From IMG/VR virus record IMGVR_UViG_3300025305_000009: a stretch of DNA of 64,000 bases; one strand, given 5' to 3'. The stretch is from an uncultured virus (IMG/VR IMGVR_UViG_3300025305_000009). Its lineage: Duplodnaviria; Heunggongvirae; Uroviricota; Caudoviricetes. The notes under the pieces were generated by a model. The model saw only the letters and a list, made by a program, of their open reading frames with translations. It searched no databases and was not told the origin of the DNA. The position numbers and the translations under genes are program-made. Positions 20,298 through 29,653 of this stretch are shown piece after piece; position 1 is the stretch's first letter, and each line of letters begins with the position of its first letter.

Positions 20298-21061
20298 GTC
20301 TTTTCCTTTTTAAACATAGGAATAGGATTCATTTTGTGTAAATTTCTATTCCTATGAGAGAAATAGGTATTTAATGTTGAATCAAATTTTTCATCACCTG
20401 TTGGGTAAAAATCTTCTAAACCATTTTTCTCCGCATACATCATTGCTTTTTCTATTTCATTATATGATGCACCAAGTTGATCCTCATCTGTTCTTCCATC
20501 ATCCCAAAGTCCGTCTGTTGGTGGTGCATCAATAATCTCTTTTTTTATTCCAAGTTCTTTTGCCAATTCGGAAACTTCTGTTTTCATCAAATCTGCAATG
20601 GGACTTATATCTACTCCACCATCTCCATACTTTGTAAAAAATCCTACACCAAAATCTTCAACCTTATTTCCAGTACCAACAACGATACCCGCATTTGCTC
20701 CTGATATTTGATACAGTGTTGTCATTCTTATTCTTGCGCGGGAATTTGCTAATGAAAGATTATTCTTATCCTTCTCTTTAAAACAATCAGAAAATGTTTC
20801 AAAAGTTTTTGTTAAATCAATTTTTTGTGATTCGACATTTATAAAATTTTCTTTTAACCAATTAATATGGTCATCAGACCTAGAATCTAAAGTTTTATTT
20901 TGATGAATGGGCATGTTGAGGACTATAACCCTCAACCCTGTTCTGGCACAAAGTGCAGAAGTTACAGCAGAATCAATACCACCTGAAACACCAACTACTA
21001 AAGTTTCTAACCCATGATTCTCTGCATACTCACGAATCCAATCAACTATATTTTCAAACAT
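20282..21061 (-). CDS. nadE: NH3-dependent NAD+ synthetase
   Basis: VSGGIDSA, NSRARIRM, GTGNKVE, GFFTKYGDG, PIADLMKTEV, PTDGLW, TDEDQLG; no glutaminase domain. Start at MFENIV. Confidence 0.93.
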   Translation of the reverse strand: MFENIVDWIREYAENHGLETLVVGVSGGIDSAVTSALCARTGLRVIVLNMPIHQNKTLDSRSDDHINWLKENFINVESQKIDLTKTFETFSDCFKEKDKNNLSLANSRARIRMTTLYQISGANAGIVVGTGNKVEDFGVGFFTKYGDGGVDISPIADLMKTEVSELAKELGIKKEIIDAPPTDGLWDDGRTDEDQLGASYNEIEKAMMYAEKNGLEDFYPTGDEKFDSTLNTYFSHRNRNLHKMNPIPMFKKEKTCSVQ

Positions 21062-21521
21062 TAAACTTCTCCTCACATTCGTAAATATAATCCGAACATA
21101 CTGCATAAAATCCGTTTTGGTTGTATCCCTCAACAGATTCAGAAGACAACAAAGGAACAATACATTTATCTGTCATTTTATTTGTTAAATCGTGTGACCA
21201 AATATAACCATTACTTGTCAATGTATATTTATCTTGTTCATGACAAAAGAATCTCAAATCAGTTTCTATAATTCGAATTAATGCTTCATATTCTTTTACA
21301 TGAATCCATAAATTTTCTTTTCTTTCAATTAACCACTCCAAAGAAACTCCATGTTCTGGTCTATCATGTCCTAACCACAATTCACCATCTTTAAACCGAA
21401 CATCAATTTCTACATCATATCCTTTTGATATTGCTTCATCGATATAATCAGGGCTGTTCTCTCTTTCAGGATTTAGTCCGTCAAGATTTCCTCTGTGAGA
21501 TATGAAGGTAATATTACTCAT
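21054..21521 (-). CDS. Short GDPD/PLC-like phosphodiesterase-fold protein
   Basis: ISHRGN, EN, DVEIDV, LGHD, WIHVK motifs. Confidence 0.75.
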   Translation of the reverse strand: MSNITFISHRGNLDGLNPERENSPDYIDEAISKGYDVEIDVRFKDGELWLGHDRPEHGVSLEWLIERKENLWIHVKEYEALIRIIETDLRFFCHEQDKYTLTSNGYIWSHDLTNKMTDKCIVPLLSSESVEGYNQNGFYAVCSDYIYECEEKFNV

Positions 21522-22404
21522 TACATTTCTCCAATAATGAAATATATTCACTCGCACATTTTTCTAATGTGAGATTCTCTAATATATATTCTCTTGGAGA
21601 GAACTCATCCAGTCTCTCTAAAAATTCATCGAATCTGCCCAAATCTTTATGTTTAATTCCACACCTATCATCGAAGTAGGGTGCGGATGTCGCTCCCGGA
21701 CATTCGTTAGGTTTAAATTGATGAGTAATATTATAATCAATAACATATATCGGTATATTCATTGAAAGGATTTCTTGATATGCTATTCCTTGAGTTTCGG
21801 TGCAGGATATCATAACACAGAATCGTGAAGATTGAGCAATTTCAATAAGTTCTTTTTCGTTATATTCCCCATATATAATTTCTTTAAATTTAATATTGCT
21901 GTCTATGAGTTTTCGTAATAAATTTTTTAAATTAATTCCTCGTGAAATTCCGAGTGGATGAAAAAAAAGATCATTGCAAGAATGACAAAGGGGGGCTTGT
22001 TTATAATATATCAAACAATCTATTTTTTTGTCCCCCTTTCTCGGAACAAAATGATTAGTATCAATGCCCACTGGCCAAACATAAACATTATGTTTTGAAT
22101 CCAATTGGGTTATATACTTGTCTTTCATCCATTTTGATGGTGTTACAATATTTCTTTTCTTTTTCCAAACAAGAGGATCACATTCATTGGGAAGGACAAA
22201 ATGATTTGGTCCAATTAAAGCACTTTCTTTAAGTTCTAATAAAGGATAAGATTGTAACACACCTGTATATTTCAATAATGTGTTATGATGAACCTCAACG
22301 CCTAAAGAAGTTAATCCTGCGATAAGATTTTTTGCAACTTTACCAGGACCATTCTTTTTTTGGGGCCATATATCTGCATAGTATAATCCTATCTCACCAA
22401 TCAT
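21514..22404 (-). CDS. GT-B (GT4-like) glycosyltransferase
   Basis: GPGKV, TPSKW, WPVGIDT, ETQGIAYQEILSMNIP. Confidence 0.75.
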   Translation of the reverse strand: MIGEIGLYYADIWPQKKNGPGKVAKNLIAGLTSLGVEVHHNTLLKYTGVLQSYPLLELKESALIGPNHFVLPNECDPLVWKKKRNIVTPSKWMKDKYITQLDSKHNVYVWPVGIDTNHFVPRKGDKKIDCLIYYKQAPLCHSCNDLFFHPLGISRGINLKNLLRKLIDSNIKFKEIIYGEYNEKELIEIAQSSRFCVMISCTETQGIAYQEILSMNIPIYVIDYNITHQFKPNECPGATSAPYFDDRCGIKHKDLGRFDEFLERLDEFSPREYILENLTLEKCASEYISLLEKCNE

Positions 22405-22766
22405 ATCTCTTCAATTCTTTTCACTTTATCGTCTATCAATAAATCAAAATTTGGTTTATTTCCAAGTTCTAAACTATGAAATTTACATCCCCATTCATCA
22501 AGTTGTTTCCTTGTCAAATCTCTATATTTGTTCATCCGTTCTTCGTTGTCTGGTTGAGAAGAACCTCTGGCGGTCCAATAAGTAATTATATTACCTTCAT
22601 CGTAAAGTTTGTTTATCTTTTCTATATTTTCATAACTAGGTTCTGCCAACTCATAAATTCTTCTTTCAGGAAAGAAGCATATAGTTTCATCAATATCTAC
22701 AAATATTTTTCTTGGTTCACCTTCTGGAGAGAACCGCAGGTTTTCTTCTTTGCTCACTACTTTCAT
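22401..22766 (-). CDS. HAD-family phosphatase (capsule-biosynthesis BcbF/EcbF-like)
   Basis: VDIDETIC motif I, WTARG, KP...IDDK; capless and short. Confidence 0.82.
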   Translation of the reverse strand: MKVVSKEENLRFSPEGEPRKIFVDIDETICFFPERRIYELAEPSYENIEKINKLYDEGNIITYWTARGSSQPDNEERMNKYRDLTRKQLDEWGCKFHSLELGNKPNFDLLIDDKVKRIEEI

Positions 22767-23574
22767 GATATCCTTTCCAATAATTATAACACTTCACTAA
22801 ATCCTCTTCGCTATTAACTTGATTTCCTTTCAAGATAGTAGCCCATGCCTCAAAATTCTCAACCTCATCTGGTGTTCCAAACACAGTAACATATGGAGTA
22901 TCATAATATCCTACTTTCAATCCATCTTCAACCAAAAGATTATAGACTAATGTTACATAATATTCACCATTGTAATTAATATCTCTTTCTACCATCTCCT
23001 CGAAATACTTCTTAACATAAGAACCTTTCCGATAATAATAGATACCAGTAGAAGCATGTTCATTCATTGGATTGTCTGTGTAACATTCCTTTTCCTTAAT
23101 TTCCTCCAGAAGCCCATCTTTATCTTTGACAAATGCCATCTTAGTGTTGGCAAGAGTGTGGGGGTGAAATCCAGTATGAGTAAGAACACAACCGTCCAAT
23201 TCATTCTCTCTGATGTACTTCATAAAATCATCTCTATCCCATAAATAAGGATTATCGCAATAAGAAATGATTACTTCTTCGTCATCATCTATTTCATCAT
23301 AAATGGTTTTAACTGTATGAACAGGGCCCAACTTGTGTTGAGGCATAAAGTATATTTTTGAATCTGGTTTAAGTTCATATAAAATCTCTCCTAAATTTGT
23401 ATTGTCTATATGATCATTATTACAAATAAATACAAACTCATCATCATCCGAAAACATGTCCAGAATATATTCAATGATTCTTTTTCCATTTACCCTAATA
23501 ATGGGTTTAGGATCAACATATCCTTTATCTACAAATCTCTGACCTGTTCCTGCCATCGGCACAATAATTTTCAT
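22717..23574 (-). CDS. Sugar-phosphate nucleotidyltransferase
   Basis: IVPMAGTGQRF...PKP signature, SYCD, NGEYYV, FGTP. Confidence 0.85.
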   Translation of the reverse strand: MKIIVPMAGTGQRFVDKGYVDPKPIIRVNGKRIIEYILDMFSDDDEFVFICNNDHIDNTNLGEILYELKPDSKIYFMPQHKLGPVHTVKTIYDEIDDDEEVIISYCDNPYLWDRDDFMKYIRENELDGCVLTHTGFHPHTLANTKMAFVKDKDGLLEEIKEKECYTDNPMNEHASTGIYYYRKGSYVKKYFEEMVERDINYNGEYYVTLVYNLLVEDGLKVGYYDTPYVTVFGTPDEVENFEAWATILKGNQVNSEEDLVKCYNYWKGYHESSEQRRKPAVLSRR

Positions 23575-24989
23575 ACTAACTGACTCCTATACTTTTCAGA
23601 TTCCATATTCTGTATTTTTTCAATTTCTTTCTTCATTAAATATTTTGGGGTCAACCCCACATCATTCATTAATTCTATCATGTATGTGTTCATTGCTAAA
23701 TTCTCATCACTTAATGCAATTGCATCTGGAAAAAGATATTCATCACCTTCTTCAATGTTACCATTAAATTTAAATTTAAAATTGGTTGCATTATTCATTA
23801 ACCATGACTTACACTTATCACTAATATATTTAGTTGTTTCGTATGCATTATGAATATCAACATCGCAAACAACCAAACCATGGTTTTCTAAAAAGTAGAT
23901 TGGAGCCTGTCTATAACTACCAATTGCGTTTGATAAATCTACACCCGGAGTAGAATATGAAACAAATTCATAATCCAAACTACCGAACAATACCCCAAGT
24001 ATTTGCTCTGCTTCTTTAGAACAAAGTATGGTGTTAAGATATATTGGATGTGTATGTATTACATTCTTTTCTAGGTTATAATGCATCCCTGTTTCCATTG
24101 ATGGTCTTTCGTTAGACTCAAACAACTTAGACTTCCATAGTTTACTTCTATAGATATCATCATTATCAAAATATGATGAAAGCAAATGTACATTACAAAT
24201 GCAATGTCCTCCAAAGATGTTGATTTCTTTCATACGAGAACCAGAAGATGTGATAATCAATTTATCATTTATCTTATATGATACATTACCACCCCTGCTT
24301 TGTACTAAATCAAATTCACTTGATAAGGAATTGCACACATCAATAAACGAAAAATGTTTTTCATAAGCAACACTCAACACTTCCATTAACTCTTCTGCAT
24401 TAGAATTAATTATATCATAAGTTAAAACAACTTTACCATCTTTATTTTTCTTAAACCGAATTATAACATCTGCATATTTTCTTTGAGTGTCTATGTGTTT
24501 TCTTTCATCATCCCTTCTTCTTTTAAGAGTGTCTTCAACTTGTTCTTTGGTGTATCCTCTCTTTTTTGTATCTCTTTGTATCTTCCATTCTCTTTTTAAA
24601 TCTTCAGCAGTGTCAATAAAAATTTTTATCCAAGACATATCCCGAACTCTGACATCATAAAGTGCATGAAGACCTTCATAAACAATAAACTTGGCAGGAT
24701 AGATGTTTATACTCGGTCCAAACTTACCAGTGTTGTGATCATATGAACAATGAACAATTTTATCATTACTCTTTAATGTTTTAAGATGTTCATATCCTAA
24801 TAGAAGATTATTTGCTTCTGGATTTAAATGAGTATATGTGTCCCAGTTGGAATCACCTCGTTCCCATTTATGTAAATCGTCCCCACTAAATATCAATGCC
24901 TTTTCATTTGGCAAAGCAATAGAAATAAGACGAGAAATGGTTGTTTTACCCACTCCTGAACTTCCAGAAATTGCAATAATCTTATTCAC
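23571..24989 (-). CDS. Phosphoribulokinase/uridine-kinase-like domain fused to class II aldolase/adducin domain
   Basis: N-half: GSSGVGKTT, DDLH, NPEAN, YDHNTG, EGLH, WKIQRD..KRG. C-half: GGNVS, ITSSG, PSMETGMH, IHTHP, LENHGL. Confidence 0.8.
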   Translation of the reverse strand: MNKIIAISGSSGVGKTTISRLISIALPNEKALIFSGDDLHKWERGDSNWDTYTHLNPEANNLLLGYEHLKTLKSNDKIVHCSYDHNTGKFGPSINIYPAKFIVYEGLHALYDVRVRDMSWIKIFIDTAEDLKREWKIQRDTKKRGYTKEQVEDTLKRRRDDERKHIDTQRKYADVIIRFKKNKDGKVVLTYDIINSNAEELMEVLSVAYEKHFSFIDVCNSLSSEFDLVQSRGGNVSYKINDKLIITSSGSRMKEINIFGGHCICNVHLLSSYFDNDDIYRSKLWKSKLFESNERPSMETGMHYNLEKNVIHTHPIYLNTILCSKEAEQILGVLFGSLDYEFVSYSTPGVDLSNAIGSYRQAPIYFLENHGLVVCDVDIHNAYETTKYISDKCKSWLMNNATNFKFKFNGNIEEGDEYLFPDAIALSDENLAMNTYMIELMNDVGLTPKYLMKKEIEKIQNMESEKYRSQLV

Positions 24990-25902
24990 TAATTGTCCCC
25001 GCTGGCTCTAAAATACCAGACAATTCTATAATTCTGTTTAATGCATCTTCTTGTTTTTCATATGGACGCTCACAATGAATGTCTACTATTTCCTTACCAC
25101 TCTTCAATCTTTCGGGATCATAATTATATTCTTTGGTGTCATTATTCCAAGTGCTTCTATCAATTCTATTGATTGAATTGTGATAGCAATAACCATGAAA
25201 AGAAATTTCCTTATTCTGTATAGCATTAAAAACTTGTTCAGACGAATAACTTTCCTCTGCGCACCAATAATAACTACCAGCATTCATCAGTTCATCTATT
25301 CCTTCTGGTTTGGGTGCCTGTCCGGCTGGTCCCAAACCATATCGGTGTGCTGATGTAATATATTCAATTTGCTCTCTAAATGTTCGATTCTGAGAAAACA
25401 ATTTTTCAAAATTACTTCCTCTAGAAACATGATAATGTCCTGCTAAATCTGCACCTGTATTATAATTTCCTTGATTTCTTTGATGTACCTCAGAACCTTC
25501 TCTCAGAAAAGCATCTAATGTTCCTCTTCTTGGGAGAGAAATTCCTGCAAGGTTTAAATGTAAATAAACATCAGCATCGTCCGGAGCATCTTTGATGTGT
25601 TCAGTAAAATAAAACTTCTGAAGGGGAATCATATCAATATCACCAAGCATCCAAGTTGTATCTGGTTCTGTTTTAGGAAAATCATATTTAGACCATGTAA
25701 TTTGAATAACTTTTGGTAGATCCTCTATGAACTCCCGTTCAATTATATTACCATATTCTTCTGTCATGTTGGTATTTTCTTTTTTACCATACAACAAGCA
25801 AACTGGTTCTATTCCTAATGCTTCTTTATAAATCTTGGATTGAATGTTCCAAAATCCGCTATATTCTTCCGATGTGGAAAATAACACCTTATCAATTTTC
25901 AT
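24982..25902 (-). CDS. Hypothetical GT-A-like protein
   Basis: GDIDMIPL DxD motif, late D-x-H (VDIHC); located in the glycan island. Confidence 0.5.
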   Translation of the reverse strand: MKIDKVLFSTSEEYSGFWNIQSKIYKEALGIEPVCLLYGKKENTNMTEEYGNIIEREFIEDLPKVIQITWSKYDFPKTEPDTTWMLGDIDMIPLQKFYFTEHIKDAPDDADVYLHLNLAGISLPRRGTLDAFLREGSEVHQRNQGNYNTGADLAGHYHVSRGSNFEKLFSQNRTFREQIEYITSAHRYGLGPAGQAPKPEGIDELMNAGSYYWCAEESYSSEQVFNAIQNKEISFHGYCYHNSINRIDRSTWNNDTKEYNYDPERLKSGKEIVDIHCERPYEKQEDALNRIIELSGILEPAGTISE

Positions 25903-26704
25903 TTGAATTCTCCAAACGGGGATCTTCACCTACAGCAATCCACGGAAGGTGTGTACCTTGCCATATGTCTAATTCCTTATTGTAATATGGTCCTCCCCTA
26001 AAGGTATGCATAAAGAGTTTAACTTTATTTTTCACAAAACCTGGTTTTAAAAATTCCATCATTCCTCTAAAAGAACTTTCCATTACATGAATTTCTTTTG
26101 CATTTTCTAATAATTTTCCAAAATGAAAAATACTCTCTGAAATATCATTTCTAACAATTTTAAATTTTGTTCCGACTTCTTCATTAGTTATTGCATAACC
26201 GCCAACAAGTTCTGTTCTACTAGGGTCATCATGAACAAAAATATAATCTTCCCCTTCTGGCGTTAATTTCTTATAAACCCTTTCTTCTTCTTCCATGTCC
26301 CTTTCCCAATAACAAGAATCAAATCTCTCAGAATATGGCATACCAATCAGTTCATAAAATATTATATCACAAGGCACTGGACCAATATCATTACTATAAT
26401 CTCTATACTTTTCATGACCAACACTCAGATATATGTCTTGTGTTGCATCCGCCCTTTCTTGTAAGATTTCCGCTATTACATGCTTTTCATCGCCACGAAG
26501 GACTCGTTCATCCTTTTCATCAACTCCTATTATTTTAATTTTAGGATTATCTCTATACATCCATTCAACCATTTCTTTGAAAGGATTCTTAGAAAAAACA
26601 AAAACAGATTCGTAATCTCCATCTGCTAAAAGTTTTCTTACCATACCATTCATATGAATCATATCACCTAAACCCATATGGTGGTAGATATATAAATCAG
26701 CCAT
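25892..26704 (-). CDS. Hypothetical GT-B (GT9-like) glycosyltransferase
   Basis: N-terminal HMGLGD motif and C-terminal AKEIHVMESSF; island context. Confidence 0.5.
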   Translation of the reverse strand: MADLYIYHHMGLGDMIHMNGMVRKLLADGDYESVFVFSKNPFKEMVEWMYRDNPKIKIIGVDEKDERVLRGDEKHVIAEILQERADATQDIYLSVGHEKYRDYSNDIGPVPCDIIFYELIGMPYSERFDSCYWERDMEEEERVYKKLTPEGEDYIFVHDDPSRTELVGGYAITNEEVGTKFKIVRNDISESIFHFGKLLENAKEIHVMESSFRGMMEFLKPGFVKNKVKLFMHTFRGGPYYNKELDIWQGTHLPWIAVGEDPRLENSNEN

Positions 26705-27848
26705 TTGTCACCTCGTTTACAATTGTAGTTATTGTATTAATATCTGTTATCGATAATGAATGGTGGTTTGGAACATACAACCCACAATCATTTAATATGT
26801 CTGCATTTTTCAATTTAATTTCTCCATATTTTTTCTTCCAAAACGGTTGTCTTCCAATAGAACCACATACCAATGGTCTACATTCTACATTATTTTGCAT
26901 CAATTTGCAAACTAACTCTTCTCTTTTTTGTGTTATAATAGGATAAGCAAAATTAGAAATATTTTTGTCTTTAACACTGGGCTTCCAGAAATTATTCTTA
27001 ATCAAACTCTGGTAAAGACTAAAATTATCTTTTCTATTCTGTATTATACTATTTAATTTATTTATTTGAGATAATCCTATTCTTGCTTGTAAATCTGTTG
27101 CTCTTAAATTATACCCCTCCCAATAAAAAGAATATAATGCTTGAAAATCCTCCACCTCATATTTTTTTCTCAATTCAGTTTGTTTTTCAATTGGCAAATC
27201 TCTATCCCAACCATGACTTCGTATAGACCTTATAACATCGGCCAATTCATCATCATCAGTGCATATCATACCACCCTCTATTGTTGACATATGGTGACCA
27301 AAGTAAAAAGAAAAAGAACTACACAAACCAAAAGTTCCTGTCATTTTGCCCTCATATACAGAACCAACACTCTCACAACTATCTTCTATTAATATTACGC
27401 CATATTGTTCACATAATAAATTTATTTCCTTCATGTCACAAGGAAATCCCAAAACATGAACAATAATAAGAATTGAAGGGTCATATTCTTTAAAAAGTTT
27501 TTCTAATTGTTCTACATCAACCCCCAAATTGTTTAAATTGCAATCACATAAAATGGGGTCTAATCCACATTGAATCACTGGAGTTACAGTGGTTGCCCAT
27601 GACACCGCTGGAACTACTACCCTATTATTTTTTAATATCCTTGATTGTTTAAGTGCGGATATGATTCCAAGATTTGCAGAAGAGCCAGAATTTACATAAA
27701 TCGAATGCTTTACACCCAAAAAATTAGACCAAGAATTTTCAAACTCAACCGTCAAATTTCCCTTTGTTAATCTAGGGTTTGTTTTCAACCACCTGACAAG
27801 AATGTTTATATCATTCAAATCTATTGTATCTTCTACCAGTTTAATCAT
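26697..27848 (-). CDS. colD: PLP-dependent DegT-family enzyme, ColD-type GDP-4-keto-6-deoxymannose 3-dehydratase
   Basis: NSGSSAN, EDSCES, SFYFGHHMSTIEGG (His at the usual Schiff-base Lys position), RSHGW; lacks the Fe-S cysteines of E1/AscC. Confidence 0.75.
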   Translation of the reverse strand: MIKLVEDTIDLNDINILVRWLKTNPRLTKGNLTVEFENSWSNFLGVKHSIYVNSGSSANLGIISALKQSRILKNNRVVVPAVSWATTVTPVIQCGLDPILCDCNLNNLGVDVEQLEKLFKEYDPSILIIVHVLGFPCDMKEINLLCEQYGVILIEDSCESVGSVYEGKMTGTFGLCSSFSFYFGHHMSTIEGGMICTDDDELADVIRSIRSHGWDRDLPIEKQTELRKKYEVEDFQALYSFYWEGYNLRATDLQARIGLSQINKLNSIIQNRKDNFSLYQSLIKNNFWKPSVKDKNISNFAYPIITQKREELVCKLMQNNVECRPLVCGSIGRQPFWKKKYGEIKLKNADILNDCGLYVPNHHSLSITDINTITTIVNEVTNG

Positions 27849-28603
27849 TTCAATTCCTCAATGAACGAAGAAACTAATTTGTCTTTGGAATAATTTTTGT
27901 CTACAATATTATAATAATAATTATTTGGCTTTACAAAGTTATCAATCTCTGTTTCTTCAATATATTCTTTTATATCCATATCAAAAGCATTTAATATATC
28001 AGTAAACAATTCTCTTACATTAATAGAATATCCTGACGCAAGAATAGAATCTACAACTGTATTTTTCGACCTATCTGCAATATAACTTGTATGAACTATC
28101 TCTTTTTCAAAATCTAAACACCTAACTTGAATTTTCTTTTTGTTTATAATAACATCATAAAGAGAAGAAAAAAGGAAGCCACCTTTTCTTTGTTTAGAAT
28201 TAAAATTGCAAGGATAGTGAATTGTTACCTTATCAATTCCCTTTAAATGTTCTGTTATTTTTTCTTTTGAATTTAAATAATCTGTTTCTTTATAATTATA
28301 AAGACACGATAAACTATATTCACCACTATTCTCACTCCACAACATTGCTGTTGAATAAAATACAAATTCTTTACAATGGTCGTAAAGCCTGTCTACTACT
28401 TCTTTAGTCAAATCAAAATTGATTTTCATGAATGAATCAGAATTATCAATAAATGTTCTCTGTTCGGCAAAACAAATATATATCCTGTTCCACTTATTTT
28501 GGCATATAAACTCATATGGTATATTTCTAGCAGATACTTTTATACCATCTAGAAAATAACCAAGTTGAGAATTTTCACCCAAAATAAGATTATCCATTAG
28601 CAT
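27845..28603 (-). CDS. Divergent SDR-type NDP-sugar reductase/epimerase
   Basis: ILGENSQLG degenerate Rossmann motif, FYST, YLNSK (YxxxK), PCNFNS. Confidence 0.6.
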   Translation of the reverse strand: MLMDNLILGENSQLGYFLDGIKVSARNIPYEFICQNKWNRIYICFAEQRTFIDNSDSFMKINFDLTKEVVDRLYDHCKEFVFYSTAMLWSENSGEYSLSCLYNYKETDYLNSKEKITEHLKGIDKVTIHYPCNFNSKQRKGGFLFSSLYDVIINKKKIQVRCLDFEKEIVHTSYIADRSKNTVVDSILASGYSINVRELFTDILNAFDMDIKEYIEETEIDNFVKPNNYYYNIVDKNYSKDKLVSSFIEELK

Positions 28604-28940
28604 GTCCAGAATAATTTTTCACACTATCCTCTGTAAGACTCTTTTTGTTTACTATTGCATTATCCATCATTCTATTAATTGCTTGAATATATTGTGGTCT
28701 TTTCTTTTTAAAACAAATATCAATCTTTCTTTTTAAATCAGCAACTTCTGAATCTGTTGTAGAAAGACCTATCTTGTCTTCAAGCATCCATGTTCTAATA
28801 TGAAGAATTATAGACTTTTCTATAACCTCTCCAATATTATCTGTTACTACTAAGTCATCTGGTAGTTCTGGCATACCACCTTCTTCTAAAACAATATTCA
28901 CATAATCTGTAATGCATTTGTCAATAGTTTCACCAATCAT
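28590..28940 (-). CDS. Hypothetical helical protein
   Basis: 116 aa ORF coupled to neighbours in the island. Confidence 0.6.
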   Translation of the reverse strand: MIGETIDKCITDYVNIVLEEGGMPELPDDLVVTDNIGEVIEKSIILHIRTWMLEDKIGLSTTDSEVADLKRKIDICFKKKRPQYIQAINRMMDNAIVNKKSLTEDSVKNYSGHANG

Positions 28941-29653
28941 ATTTTCTTTGCCTTTCTTATTATTTGTATGTTGGAATAGAACTGCATACTTTCTATTGGA
29001 TAATCACCCAATGGTGAAGCATTAAAATCCTTTAATTTGTAGATGTTTTCGTCCATTCCGGCAAGTGCTTCCATAATAAACTCATCAACAATATGTCTGC
29101 TCTTTCCTATATCATAGTTATCTCTGTCATTCTCTTCATAATCTTCTTCTGGAATATCAACAAATCCGCCCTCTCTATATCCTGGCCATCTCTTTATCGG
29201 ATTTACCGTTCTAGTAACAAATGTATCCTCAAAAATATAATATCCACCAGGCTCTAAATATTTCCACATAGTTTTTAATGTTTGTATGATATGACTGCCA
29301 ACATGAGAACCATCATCAAGAATAATTTTAAAGTTTCCTGCTTCTTCCCCTATAGACTCCATAAAATTGTCATCTATTTGACTTCCAATCTTAATCTTTG
29401 TTCTTGTTGTATTGTGCCTGTCACATGCCGGTTGTATGTCCACACCATAAATTGTTGCATTAGGAAAATATGTTTCCCACACCTTTAAAGAATGACCTGC
29501 ACTAACTCCAATCTCAAGTATGTTACATTCTTCCTCTCTGAATTCGGAAAAATATTGTTCATATCTTTCAAGATGTCTAGTGCCCTGAAAGTGGTGTTTG
29601 TGTTTGTCTCCATCTCCAGGAATGGATTCTCCGATTTGTTGTAATGTTCTCAT
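28937..29653 (-). CDS. SAM-dependent (sugar) O-methyltransferase, MycE/TylE-like
   Basis: GDK, YEQYF, ILEIGV..G.SL..W..YFP, GVDI, ILDDGSH, YIFED. Confidence 0.8.
   Translation of the reverse strand: MRTLQQIGESIPGDGDKHKHHFQGTRHLERYEQYFSEFREEECNILEIGVSAGHSLKVWETYFPNATIYGVDIQPACDRHNTTRTKIKIGSQIDDNFMESIGEEAGNFKIILDDGSHVGSHIIQTLKTMWKYLEPGGYYIFEDTFVTRTVNPIKRWPGYREGGFVDIPEEDYEENDRDNYDIGKSRHIVDEFIMEALAGMDENIYKLKDFNASPLGDYPIESMQFYSNIQIIRKAKKI

Noticed and set aside
20282..21061. NadE as part of a known phage NAD-reconstitution pathway
   Set aside because: No Nampt, Nmnat or ADPR-pyrophosphate synthetase partners in this window.
23571..24989. PRK as a Calvin-cycle auxiliary metabolic gene
   Set aside because: Fused to an aldolase-fold domain and embedded among glycan genes; no RuBisCO, CP12 or photosynthesis genes in the window.
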